Shown here: in pieces, positions 1 to 12,603 of the stretch
Position numbering within the stretch: position 1 is the first letter of the stretch
Layout: every line of letters begins with the position of its first letter
From: Zootoca vivipara
Lineage: Eukaryota
DNA length: 64,000 bases
Reading direction: 5' to 3'
NCBI RefSeq assembly: GCF_963506605.1
Contig: NC_083282.1
Span: forward strand, 34,038,001-34,102,000
The notes under the pieces: generated by a model
Told to the model about the DNA's origin: nothing
The model's database searches: none
What the model saw: only the letters and a program-made list of their open reading frames with translations
Program-made: the position numbers and the translations under genes

Positions 1-304
1 CTCTTTATTTGCACAGAATATTTCAATGTGTCACTAACTGCTGGATTTTCTTCCACCCTGAGAAGATCTGCATGAATAAAAAAATGTCCACAATCTCAAC
101 TGCAGCAACAGAACCGTTAATTTGATCACTAGAGATGGTATCTGGCAAGTCAGTTATTTGTACCACGGAAGTCCGGCTTTTAATATTTTTAATCCTGCAC
201 CCAGAATGTTCTATAGATGACAAGGCATCAACAGTTTTGCCCTCCAAGCACTGCTGTAACACACAACACTAAAAATGTTAAGGCATAATCGGAGCAGAAC
301 CTAC

Positions 305-314
305 CTTCCATCAT
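305..314 (-). CDS. SGIP1: SGIP1 first coding exon (M-M-E-G..., 10 nt, phase-1 donor)
   Basis: Minus strand reads gaatgcaattctGCCACC-ATG-ATG-GAA-G|gtaggt: perfect Kozak context, MMEG N-terminus as in SGIP1 (MMEGLKKR...), GT donor at 304-303. SGIP1 lies co-oriented downstream of PDE4B in mammals. Confidence 0.82.
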
Positions 315-550
315 GGTGGCAGAATTGCATTCCTCAGTTTCCACAGAGCCTGAAAAAATACAGGAAATTACGATTCCAGTTATCAGATGCTTAATGTAAG
401 CCCTTAAAACCAGTGTCTTAGATACATGATTGGTGCAGCAGCCAGAAGAAAATAAAATGCGGAGGGGAAAAACCAGAATGAGTGTGCGCTAAGGCAAAAG
501 ATAGGCCATGGATGCTGCTGTAGCTGTATCACCTACAGGCTCACAGAAGG

Positions 551-555
<5 letters not shown>

Positions 556-613
<58 letters not shown>
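556..613. repeat. (GA)n microsatellite
   Basis: About 29 perfect GA units; explains the RERERE ORF at 551-871. Confidence 0.98.
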
Positions 614-616
<3 letters not shown>

Positions 617-780
617 GGAGGGGTGGAGGGAGCTGGCTTAGCTCACACGCCTGCTAGTATCTCAGCCAATCCCTCTAGCTTTCTATCTCGTCACATGGTA
701 GCTTGCTTGCATCTCCTGACACAATACCCCTGGAGAACACAGGAACCTATTTTCCCCCCTTTCTCCCCCTCGGTTTCACA

Positions 781-801
781 ACACACACACACACACACAC
801 A
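781..801. repeat. (AC)n microsatellite
   Basis: About 10 AC units. Confidence 0.95.
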
Positions 802-2074
802 CCCTCAGCTTCTCTGCCTTGTGATGTCCTTCCCCCCTCCCCTCTATAATCTTGTGGCAGCATCTGGGTGAACAAGATTAATTATCAAGCACCGTCAGAT
901 TAGCAGAGAGGTTTGCTGTGAAATCTGCATGTAAACAGGGTTGGGGCAAAATTGATTTAATTATATTCTTTTTTTTATTAACAACAAAAACAAATTAAAA
1001 ATAAATTCTGCTGGCATGGTACTGTATAAATGGAACTGCGCAGCTGCCTTCTGATAATGCCCATGTATCCAGGATGTCAGCTTCTATAGATCTCATAACA
1101 CAGAGAAACTGTAAGCCTGGCTTCACATTTGTGTCGGCTGATTCCCCCCCTCCCCTCCCCTCCCCTCCCCTCCCTCCTTCCCTGCCCCCCACCAACCATT
1201 CAAGAGAAAAATCAATTGGCCTGACGTCACATCATAAACAATTATCCTCAGGAGGAGGATGCAGAAGGAATTTCACCCAGACCACCTTCCAAGAGTGCAC
1301 TGGAATTAATTTCGCTTGAAGAGCATCCGCATCAAGGGGCAGGGAACTGCCATTAGAAAACCAGAGGAAACAAAAGGGATACAGACACGAGGGACTTTCA
1401 AAACCAGCAGGCTCGGAAATGCGTAAGGACGTCAGGAGAGAAGAAATAAAAAGCTGTGGGACCAGGCTGCAGCTTTTCAGGGAACACAACGGTAAAACAT
1501 ACACAAACCAGCAGAGTTAACTTAGTACTGGCATCTCTCACTTGTTACCTTGTAATGCAGTAAACAAACTGTATATAAAAGGCTAAACGATGGGGTGAGA
1601 AAACCTACAGTGTTGCTGACTACTCTCTGTAATTTGTCTGTCTTCTTCTTCCATAGCAGGCACATTTAATCATATCCTAGTAATTCTTCTGTAGCCATTG
1701 GTATTGCTAAACATATTTACTACTGAAATAAATATGTAAAATGGGTAAAGGAAGAGAGAATTTTTGCCACAGCTAATACTCACAGTGGAAGCAAATAAAA
1801 TTTGCCTCAGTGACTGCTAAAGGAGACTTAGATAAGAGTTATCTATCTCTGCAACAGTCTTAAGGTATTCTTTAATGTTCTGGAAAAATAATTATTTACT
1901 CTTTCACATAATACCAGGATTAAAGGAACTTGGTAAAGTTAACATTTTTTCCCCATTTAAACATGCTGTGTTTTCTCAAAGGATCTGCTCTCTCAAATCC
2001 CTGCTGCAGGATTTTCCAGTGACCTGTGCTATACATGCTGGAGAATTTTAAAGTAAAATATTTATCCATCTGTG

Positions 2075-2395
2075 AGGAACCTTTGGCTCTATAGATGCTG
2101 CTGAACTACAACTCCCACCATCTCTGATAATTGGTAACGTTGGCTGCAGGGCCGGCTCTAAGGCAAGCACGGGTGGCGCAGGGCGCCGGGCCGCCAGGGG
2201 GGCGCCCTGTGGCTGTGGCTGCGGCTGCTGCAGCAATGCTGTGCCCGCCCGCCGCGCTGAGAAACGGGGCGGGGGGGGCGCCGGAGCAATCATCGCACCA
2301 CGGCGCCCGGGAGCCCGACATGCTTAAGACGGCCCTGGTTGGCTGGGGCTGATAGAAATTGCAGTCCATCAACATCTGGAGGGCCAAAGATCCCC
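2075..2395. mobile_element. Old hAT-type palindromic MITE (ctacaactcccatc family) split by a younger insertion
   Basis: Left half (ctacaactcccaccatctctga) and right half (tgcagtccatcaacatctggagggcc) flank the 2147-2337 insertion. Confidence 0.65.
2147..2337. mobile_element. GC/CpG-rich non-autonomous hAT-type element
   Basis: Inverted termini cagggccg...cggccctg; perfect 8-bp TSD gttggctg at 2139-2146 and 2338-2345. Confidence 0.85.
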
Positions 2396-2940
2396 TCCGC
2401 CTCATTTAAGGTATAAGAGGTAGCTATAAGAGTTTGAACAGGTACACATGGTTAACAGCTGACTTACAAGTGACATGATTTGATTTCTTAGTATGAATTT
2501 TTCATTAAAATTTTCAAGTAAGGACAAAGTCCCCTAAATCTAATAATTCAATGTTCTTGGCAAGCTTTCTAGAACACTAGCCTTGATTTGAACCTTGATA
2601 TAGGAATATGCCCTTGAAGCCATATGACATGGAGGCTATAATGGAATATTGTCCAATGGACCCACTACTCCCAGTCTTTTAGACACCTCAGCTCAAAATT
2701 TGTCTTCTTTGCAGAAATACAACTTATATGCAGCAGCACTGGTGCCCAGTCCTGGTCAGTGAAATAATGGCTTTGGGGGATTAGAGAGGAAGGAGTTTGC
2801 ACAGTCTTGACTGATCAACTGGAAATTCACATAATCTTGGAATGAAGGTTGAGTCATAATAATGGAGCCTGCAGAACTGCCAACTGCTCTTATTGTGTAT
2901 TTGCTCTCTTCCAATCAGTACATACATTCCACTGCTTTGA

Positions 2941-3090
2941 GACTTGTTGGCATCTGTCTGTCTCAAGAGACAATGGCGTATACCTCTGGGGGTGAAGTCA
3001 AGCCACTGCATTAGCAGCAGCGAAGTGACCTGCCCAGGACACAAGCCTGGGCAGTGTGTATGGAGGTCCTGGGCTGCCCAAACGACAATC
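2941..3090 (+). mobile_element. Probable RTE-clade LINE 5' region fragment
   Basis: Resembles a recurrent lizard repeat (gttggcatctgtctgtctcaagagacaatgg...gggctgccca). Family assignment from memory only. Confidence 0.4.
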
Positions 3091-3439
3091 TCCTTCATAG
3101 TTGCTGTTTTAATCCTAACTAGAAATTAATTTGGGACCAGCTCAAATAAACTGTAATTTGGAAATGTCATATGTGCAACGGCACCATGAGCCTGAATGCA
3201 TGCCTATGAACATACAATGCAATGTGTTACGCAAGCACATTGTACATATATGCTTTTGCCTGCAGTTAGAGCTTTCCCATTGGAAAGAGTGATGGTGTCT
3301 GATGCTCATGTGCACCATGGATCCAATTTTACATCATACATGTACAGAGCACCTCCTGTAGTTGCATTCAGCTATAACCCAATCAGAACAGACCCACTGA
3401 AATTAATGAAACTAAGTCATTTTATCATTTATTGATTTA

Positions 3440-3682
3440 ATTAATTAATTTATATACTGCCCTTCATCCGAAGATCACAGGGTGGTTTATACTATAAAAC
3501 AGAAAAATACCATAATAACAAAAGCCATAGACTGGATTTAAACAATTAAACAAAGGCCTGGGAGAAGAGAAATGCTTTTGCCTGGTGCCTAAAGATATGC
3601 AAAAAGGGGCCAGGCAAGTCTCCCTGGGGAAGAGCAGGGAGTCACCACAGAAGAGGCCTGTTCTCATGTTGCCGCCCTCCAA
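3440..3682 (-). mobile_element. L2-type LINE 3' fragment (degenerate)
   Basis: AT-rich tail plus aaatgcttttgcctgg...caccacagaagaggccctg-like segment shared with 21900-21980. Confidence 0.5.
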
Positions 3683-6499
3683 AACTCATCAATGGGTCTA
3701 TTCTGAGTAGAACCAGCCTTTAATATCACCCTATATATACAAATTCCAGTTTAGAGGTTGTGTGAACCAACCATTGGCATAAATGTGGATGTTTCTTAAT
3801 ATTGTGGTTTGTTACAAAATACCAAAGACACTTTAAAAAGACATAAAGGCTAATTCATGCTTTCTCTTGAAAACAAGACAAAAACTCTAACTTCAAAGTG
3901 CATAAAGAGGTACTATTTCTTTCCAAGTTGAGACCTGACTGGCACTAAGGAATAAACTCAGACAAAAAAGCAGCTGATCCCTGGTGGGGGCCCTGACCAC
4001 CTTAGCACTCCAAAGTCGGGGCAAGTGTACCCGGTTCCCATCCCCCTGTACAGGCCTGGAAGGAATACAAGTTGTCAGCAGTGCCAATTTCAATAAATTT
4101 TGTGGGGGGCCTAGGTAAGCCCCATCCCACATAATCAGTCACATGATGCAGTGCACACACCATTTGAATGGGAATGTCCATCAACTTTGTGGGAACCTGA
4201 CCCCCTCAAACATTTTATTGTAGGGGCCGAAGCCCCCACAGCCCCTAGGAGTTGGCTCCTATGCAAGGTGTGCATACAAGTGCAGAGAACTATTGCATAC
4301 ACACACAACTGGTCATCTTGATGGACACTGTTACAGAATCGGTCACAAAATAAATACCACATGTGAACCAGCTGTAGCATGGCATCGTATGTGTTAATAT
4401 ATCATAATTATAATTACACACCCATTTTACTTCAGGTTTTGATTTACTAAAGGCTACCCAGATAGCGTGTTATAGAAATGGGGGTGGGGAGAGGTTAACT
4501 TAAGGCTCTTCATTCAAATGAATTATTGAACTAGAAAGCACTTTAGTGTGGGGTAAGAGACAGACATGATGAGGTCTAGACAGACAGCAAAAGCAAAGTA
4601 GCTCTGAGAAACTGTGAATGTTACTGTCCTATGAACTGCCAAACTTCACTGCTGCTCCTTGTCTTATAAAAGGAAAACACTGGAAATTTTCCATGTGAAC
4701 AATGGGCTTTGCTTATACTGCACCCTATGGGGGCATGCTTGAGTAATTGTAATTTATGGTCAAGCTCAATGTTACCCTGAATGTGCTGCTAGCCACTATT
4801 TGTTGATTTCAACATTATTCAGGACAACTAAATTTAATGGGTCTACTCTGAGAAAACTGGATACAGCCCAATGTCAGGAGATTTTATTTTCTTTTTAAGT
4901 AATAGCAGTTGTGGGTGGGTGGGGAAATGTTTAGAGGAGCCACAACCATTTGTCTCCTTATGTTTTAATTTAAGTTGACTTTGTAATAGTTGCTTTATAA
5001 ATTTACATTATTTCTTCAGCAGGTGTCATGAAACTTTGTTCTAACTTTCTTAGGACATAATATATCTACTAAATTATGTAGGGATATTTGGGGAACAATA
5101 TTTATAAAACAATTAAATATGAAGGAATGAGCAACCCAGGCACAATACTACCACACTGTAATGTCCTGTAATCTACATTCCATTACCCTATAATGCATTC
5201 TTTATTAAACAATACAAAGAAAATTCTAGTGCAATGTGATTAATTGTATGTCTTCTTTCCTTACACACCTAACTATATTCTGGGAGACAAAAATGGGCTG
5301 AACAAGAATTCTTCAAAATCCTGGGTGCTTTAATATATGTCCAAAATCCATTTCCACTTATAAAAGCCAACTATGGTTAATTTCATCATATAATGGCAAC
5401 TACAGGTAAGCCTCACAAAATTTTGCATGGAGGGCTGAGGCCTTTTCTATTAAATAATAGGAAATATATTGGAAGGTTCCTGGAAATTAGTAAGCAATGG
5501 AAGAATATTCTAGGCAGACACACACACCAACACAGATACAGAGGGAGATAAGGAAAAAAAACAATAGGTATGGAGGTGGGTAGGTTGCAAATCAACATTA
5601 ATATTTTTAAACAATATAATGAAATACACACAGTGGGTGATAACCAATTAAGTCATACTCAGAGTAGACACACTGAAATCCATAGGATTACATTCCTATA
5701 TTGTTTTCAATGGATCAAGTATAACCTAATATTCTGTAAATAAATAAAATTCCACTGTGTCATCTAGAAAAAATTATATTCCTTGCAACATATAAAACCA
5801 CCAACTTGTCTCCCTTGCTGGGTAATAGTGCAATAAATTCTCTTTAGCATAGCAAGAACAAAGAAGGCAGCTGAACACATTAGTTAGAAGCTATCATTTC
5901 TGAAAGTTATAGCAATGCCCATGAAAACTGTGGTGTTTTATTATACCAACTTTAGCTTTAAAAAGAGAGTGCAGTAGTTTATTTAAGACATACTACCCAG
6001 AGTTTGGGAGGAGCCATCAACAGCAGATTCTCAAAATGAAAGAAACAGTCAAGAATCTCAGTGGGTCATCAGCTTACCTCAACAACCTCAGCAATTCCTG
6101 AGATAATTATCTGCCATTTTAAGCAAAATAAGCCACCTCACAGAATGGTATTAGAATTTTAAAACAAGGTTCTCATCAGCGGTACCCCACTTTAGGATTT
6201 CCCATCTCTGGTGAAGGGAAAAGAAAGCATCATAATGGATTGACTTCTAAGCAAAATTGATAGCTACCTCTCTCCAGCAGAGCTGCAGAGTATCCCTTCT
6301 TACAAATGAAGGAGGCCACTCATGCCAACTTTTGCAGCCTTTGGCTCCTGCTTTATCTGGATGACTTGCTCATTTGTGGAATGAGCAGCCTGCAGAATGC
6401 CCTCCCTCTAAGACAGCTTTCACCAAGTTGGCTGGCGCTGGTGGCAGTTGTTACCCACAACTTCTGAAGGGTACGGTACCAGCTTGGTGTAGGCTGTCC

Positions 6500-6760
6500 T
6501 AGGGCCACAGCTAGTGCTAGTACTGTTCTTCTTTCGGCATCAGGTGAAATGTGTCTGTTTGTCCAGGCTTTTTCAAGGGAGGGGGTTGGAAATTCCACCA
6601 TTCCCACTGCAAATGAGGAGCTGAGATCATGACTCCCTGGCTGTTTCTCAAAAAGTTGCTGTATTTGTGCCTGCTTCTATAACATTGGGCTGCATTGTTT
6701 TTATTCTACTTGAACCCACCCTGGAATCATATTATGAAGGGTGGGCTACAAACTCTCTTA
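6500..6760 (+). mobile_element. Old L2-type LINE 3' end
   Basis: tttcggcatcaggtgaaatgtgtctgtttgtccaggctttt ... cccaccctggaatcatattatgaagggtggg 3' stem typical of L2 ends. Confidence 0.45.
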
Positions 6761-7271
6761 TGCTTTAATTTTGAAAACTGGAGCCCAGGGTTAGATTCCA
6801 CTTCCGAGAGATTTAAAGCCGAAGGAATAGCCTTGTCTAAACTCACAGTAGGCTAGGGTCTTGGCACCAGCTAATTTATTCTTGTTTTGGAGACACAAAG
6901 GGAGATAGACAACCCTATACATACAATATTGTTACTACCAGAATGGACATAAAGACTTGGAATTGACTGGGGCTTGCTTAAGGCCATACAACGACTTGCT
7001 GGTAACAGGCGATGAAAATCTATTGGAAACATTTTTTAAAAAATCCCTCAGAGAAGCTCCAGGGAGCTAGAGTGTTTCTCTGAGATTCTCTAAGGACAAA
7101 TGTGGCAAGACATTGCTCAGACAATTAGCAATTGCATGATTAGCTCTTAAATGGCAAAGAGCTGGTGTAGAAGGTATAGCTCTGGATGAGGAACACACCA
7201 GGTGCAAAGGTGAAAACTCCCTTAGACCCATCTCATTCCAGAATCCTTATCTGCATTCTACCTCATTCCTA

Positions 7272-7425
7272 TCATAGAATCATAGAATCGTAGAGTTGGA
7301 AGACACCACAAGGGCCATCCAGTCCAACCCCCTGCCGAGCAGGAAACACCACCAAAGCATTCTTGACATATGCCTGTCAAGTCTCTGCTTAAAGACCTCC
7401 AAAGAAGGAGACTCCACCACACTCC
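7272..7425 (-). mobile_element. CR1 LINE 3' end
   Basis: (atcataga)n octamer tail followed by gagttggaagacaccacaagggccatccagtccaacccc, the characteristic CR1 terminus. Confidence 0.85.
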
Positions 7426-7505
7426 TATCTCTAGACACTATTCACACAATTGTTACCTGTGTGAATAGCGTCTAGTCTAGTTTGACCATTAGTCAGAGAC
7501 AATCC

Positions 7506-7831
7506 TGGGACGCGGGTGGCACTGTGGTCTAAACCACAGAGCTCGCCAATCGAAAGGCCGGCAGTTCGAATCCCCACGACAGGGTGAGTTCTCGTTGCTT
7601 GGTCCCAGCTCCTGCCCACCTAGCAGTTCAAAAGCACGTCAAAGTGCAAGTAGATAAATAGGCACTGCTCTGGTTCGCCAGAAGCGGCTTAGTCATGCTG
7701 GCCACATGACTTGGAAGCTGTCTGCGGACAAAGGCCGGCTCCCTCGGCCTATAGAGCGAGATGAGTGCTGCAACCCTAGAGTCGTCCACAACTGGACCTA
7801 ATGGTTAGGGGTACCTTTACCTTTACCTTTT
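7506..7831 (+). mobile_element. Sauria SINE
   Basis: tRNA-like head with A/B boxes (tggcactgtggt; gttcgaatccc), conserved core, (ACCTTT)n tail; TSD gagacaatcc at 7496-7505 and 7834-7843. Confidence 0.92.
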
Positions 7832-8295
7832 CTGAGACAATCCAAGGTAGTCAGAGAAGATTCAAGGTCTCACAGTGGCCCATTTCAGTTTTGTACCGTT
7901 AATGGGTTCAGATAGCAACTTTTAAAGAAAAGTTTTCCAGCCCCCTAGCATGCTCTTTTTATTTTCCAATAAAGTCTGAAAAAGATATTGGCACTATTCC
8001 ATTGATTAAACTGTTTCATAAAAAATAGTAAGTGTGTGTGCATTTCTGGTGCTGTGGTGGGATGGATGAAAAGTATTTGGCACTTATTCTGTGAATTGAA
8101 ACAGCATATAGATATCAGGCAAACGGTTCACCTGGTCACAGTCATGTATTGTACCCCATGTTGAGATACACTGCAATGATGGGCATGTTATGACTCACTA
8201 CGTAAATAAACAAAAAGGGAATTGTATTTCTGTTTAAAGTATTGTATTTCTATTTAAATTATAGTAATCATTTCTAAATGTGCATCTATCTATAG

Positions 8296-8431
8296 CAGGC
8301 ATCCCCAAACTGTGGCCGTCCAGATGTTTTGGCCTACAACTCCCACGATCCCTAGCTAACAGGACCAGTGGTCGGGGAAGATGGGAATTGTAGTCCAAAA
8401 TATCTGGAGGGCCAAAGTTTGGGGGTGCCTG
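8296..8431. mobile_element. hAT/Charlie-type palindromic MITE
   Basis: TIRs caggcatccccaaact...agtttgggggtgcctg; 8-bp TSD atctatag at 8288-8295 and 8432-8439. Confidence 0.9.
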
Positions 8432-11400
8432 ATCTATAGCATGTATTATATACTTAAGTATATATTAGCACATGGAATTTTTATCCGGATCTGTGTTACC
8501 TTGTTCAGTGCTGCATCTCCTCTTTTTTGGCAATATATAACTGGTGACCCTACCAACATGGCTCACTTTCAAAAGGGCAGTGAAAACTATTCTTGCATGG
8601 ATTTCCAGGGTATTGTGCTGCTTAAGTGGCTTTTACTGAGAACTGCTGCTTTTAGATACTGCTTCATTTACTTTAGAATATTTCAACTCCCATTTTTATC
8701 TGTTGTCCCCCTTTTGGACTTTGGTGAATCACACTGATTACTACTCTATCTAGAAAAAAGCAGGACAAAAAATCTTGGATGTGCTCAACCACTGAGCAAT
8801 GGCAATTCTTACGGCTACCAACTGTCATGAACAAATCAGGATTTTCACAGCAATTTAAACAGTCCTGACATGTGAAGAGGCAGCTTAGTGAAATCCCTTG
8901 GATTTTAATCTGAACCTTTAAGGAAGGTTTTGTTTTTGCAACCTACATTCAGAAATTAAGAACAGTCTCAGTTTCCATGCAGAAACATTAAAAGTAAGCT
9001 GAATTAGTCATAGCCAAAAGAGAAGTCATGCTTTATTACACGAGACAAGGTCCTGCTGGAGCAGCTGTATTCCTTGGTTCCTAGCTATTAGCTCCAAGTA
9101 ACATGCCCCATATGCATTGCTGGACAAGGTGCCTTCTGGACAGTGCTTGCCGAGCGCAAGGAGCTTTAGGTTCTGATGGCAAGGGATTTGCTAAATAAAG
9201 CTTAAATCCGCCAGCTTCATCCCTAGATGGAATACCGTGACAGTAAATAACAAAGCATAAATCGAAATAATACACGATAGCCACACATTTTTGTTTCACA
9301 TATTGGCCTGCATGGCTTTATGGCCACTTAACTGATCCATAGCGAATGTCAACCTTTCTTCCACTGTAAACAACTGTCTCCTGCCATCTCAAAAGAGCAA
9401 ATAATAGAAAGCTGTATTAGTACATGCAGAGCGCCACTGAGAACTCCGGCGAGCACAGTGCAGATTTCATTGGCTGGCCTTGGGCAAATCACTTCCTTGG
9501 CCTTAGCCCTTGCTTCCCCATAACTCCCACACCACGAATAGGAAAGCGGCTGGGGAGTGTGATCAGAAAAATTGTCCAGGAGGAAAGGATGAGGCCCTCT
9601 TACACACAGCTGCTCCAACCAAATCTACTACTCCCCCATGACTGTATTTCGCTTTTTAAAAATAAATAGGGAGAACTGAATATCTTGTCTTGGTTGACTT
9701 TGAGGCTGCTTGGGATGTGAAAAAGTAGTTTACAAATGGAATTTGCCACAATAAAGGGATCAGTATTGGAGCATCTTACCAAGTGGACAATTCACTGCTC
9801 CACATGTTCTGCTGAGATAAGAGAGGAGTTATGTACTAATCAGTTTCCTCCCATCCTTGAACTCCATACTTTCAACTGATCCCAGACAAGGGTGGTGGCG
9901 ATGATGGGCGAGACTTTCAGTCCCTAGCTCGTGTCAGCTAAATAAATGGCCGCGAAGTGCCAGACTAGTCTCAGTAGCAGCTGCTGAGAAGGGGCAATAG
10001 CAAGTCTCTAAAGGTGATAGAAATATTACTAATAACTTTACTACTGTACTCTTTAAAACTATCAACATATATGAATATTCAGACTTGACAGCTCAACAGC
10101 AGTTGATTAGTCAAAGAACGAAACACATCATTTTTCTTTGCAATAAAATATGTACGGTCTATTTAAAACGTGTTTCAATAGAACACAAGAAAGGTAATAA
10201 AACTTCAATCTAGTTATCTGAGCAAGCCCATTTAACTTGTGTTGTATTTGATGGGGTTGACCTTTTCAAGCATTCTGGGTCTGAAACAGAGTTCATATTT
10301 CATTGTGTGTACATTTTAATTGCTCTCATATATGCACACAGAAGTTGGATGCTGGGCTTTCTTTTAAGAGCCTATGAAAATCAAATCTGACAGATACCAG
10401 TTGACAATGCTTGTGGTTCATCCCTATATAGCAATTAGTGCAGACTAATTGACTTCCACACAGACCACATGGATATTAGATTCTAATTTAAGTTACATGC
10501 CATATTTTTCTTCTGAAGAAGTAACCTGCTATAAAATCAATTGTGAAGTGAAATCAAAGTACCAACTCACACTCTGAGCATTAACACCTGCAAATCTGAT
10601 TGAAGGCTAAAACCACTCCTGATTTTATAAAGTGGAGTGCATGTGTGGGGTAGGAATATACGATCGCAAGGCTCTCTTATATTTTGGTTTTTTAAAAAAA
10701 CAAACACCCCTGCAGCTCATCTGAGGTTTTCTACAATATTTTGACTCAATCACAGTAAGACACCATGGATCTAAATTGCAGCCAAAATCTGCTATCAAAT
10801 TAGGGTTGTGCAAGATATTTTTGGCTCCCTACAGTACATAGAAAACCCAGTGGCACAATCCACTAGGAAATTATTTTTAGAAGCCTAAGCAGAATGAGTA
10901 GGAAATATGGCTTAGCACAGCTCTTATTCATTTCAGTGGGCCTTGTGCAGGGACACTTCTGAGTGAATTGTGTGCTCTAGTTCTGATCCATCTGCCTTCG
11001 GCCTCTATGTGATCCTTAGGCTGGAGTCCTATACTGTATGTATTAACCTAGGAGTCAGTCTTCTTGAATTCAATGGAACTTATCTTCACCATAACTGTAC
11101 TGTCTGGTTTTGTGCTATGTCCTGCCCACTTAACAACCGTGTTGTTGCTGGCACCTACAGCACTGAAAATTCAAGGTGTCCATTGATTTTAAAAAGATTG
11201 GCAACCTCTGTTTTATTGCTTCCTGTTCAGTAGATGCTCAGAAGTACCATTGAGTTCAATGAGTCTTACTCACACGTAAGAGTATAAGATTGCAGCCTGA
11301 ATGCAAGAGATTCTTTTTCTACTGAAAATATTGTGAAAGAATAGATGCTGCAAACTGGGGGGGGGGGGAACCTTTAAAAACCCAGGATACTCTTTTGGCA

Positions 11401-12603
11401 GTTATTAGTGGCCTGTGTAATTACATACATAATCTTATTACCACTTGTGCTGTCATCCTCTCTTCTTCCTCCTTCAGTGATAATCTCATTGCTGAGTCTA
11501 GCCAGTCTGATCTAAACATGCAAAGTGAATTCCTGTGCAATAGAGAGCTTTATTCTTTTCGGCATTGTACATGCCACTCCTTATAATCTGGTAAGGAAAA
11601 GAGAGCATTTATTTAAGAACACATTCTGAAGTCATTGGCTACACTATGAAACTTTAAACCCAGTCTTTTACATGAGACTCCTACACAAAACTCAGTTCAG
11701 CAAAAGGTAATAGCAAATAATGGAAGGACATGATTCTGGTACCTTTAATAGTGTTGTAGAAGGGGGAATTTCAGGAGGTGTATATTTTCATTCCTATTCA
11801 TAAGAATCCTGCCAAAAGAACTCTACATAACTAGAAGTACAGGATCTCAATCCAATTAGTATCTACCTGGTAACTCGTGTTGAGTTTGGTGCATCTATAA
11901 ATAACTAGGAAACTTTTGGCTGCCTCTTCATTTGTTGCCCAGAAACTAGAGATCTACAGATAAATTCACAGTCAGTCTGTCAATACAAAATTTATAAGTT
12001 TTGTAAGAGTGGTGTACAGTGTACACTCAAGGAGAAATTTAATCAGCTACAGCACAACCTGCCTCACTTAAAAAACCCCTCCCTGCTGTGTAAGTAGAGA
12101 CAATTAACCTATGCCTTTGGGTAAACAGAGCAGTTCAGGTCATACATGGGGATTCAAAGGCGGCATTTTACCTCCCGGGTCTCCTTTTTAAACACACAGC
12201 TCAATACAGTATTTCCAATTTTATTTTATTTTAAGTTTATTTTAAACTACTAAAAACCCATAAACAAAAAAAAGCCATGGCATTTGTTAAGATGGACTCT
12301 TACGGGCCTAGTTCTGAGAGAAGTAGAAAACATATGCCTGAACTGTGCCACTATAAATTGCAGGTGGAGGCTTCATGGAACTGAAGGTTCCTCTCTATAC
12401 AAAAGTCATATAGTACAAAATTCCTTCACACAGAAAACTAGCATGTCAGGGAGAGTAGTAAAGTTATAACTTTACTCCCAAATGCCTAGTTTTCATTACT
12501 TAGGAACTTAGTTTCAGATGTGACACACCGGATGTGTGGGCAGCCAAACGTAGGTTTATCATTTCAGTAAGAAGCAGGCTTTAGCAATAACTGTTTTCTT
12601 TTG

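Larger units (their letters stand above)
315..1500 (-). promoter_or_regulatory. SGIP1 5'UTR and promoter region
   Basis: Immediately upstream of the SGIP1 ATG. Contains a full CRE TGACGTCA (1222-1229), an adjacent CCAAT on the minus strand (1215-1219), a CRE-like GACGTCA (1428-1434) and a G-tract (1144-1190). TSS not determinable. Confidence 0.55.

Noticed and set aside
551-871. 106-aa ORF with RERERE run
   Set aside because: Translation of (GA)n and (AC)n microsatellites on the antisense strand of the SGIP1 promoter.
2048-2405. Overlapping Ala/Pro/Gly-rich ORFs; apparent CpG-island gene start
   Set aside because: Coincide with a TSD-flanked GC-rich MITE; stop-poor composition explains the ORFs.
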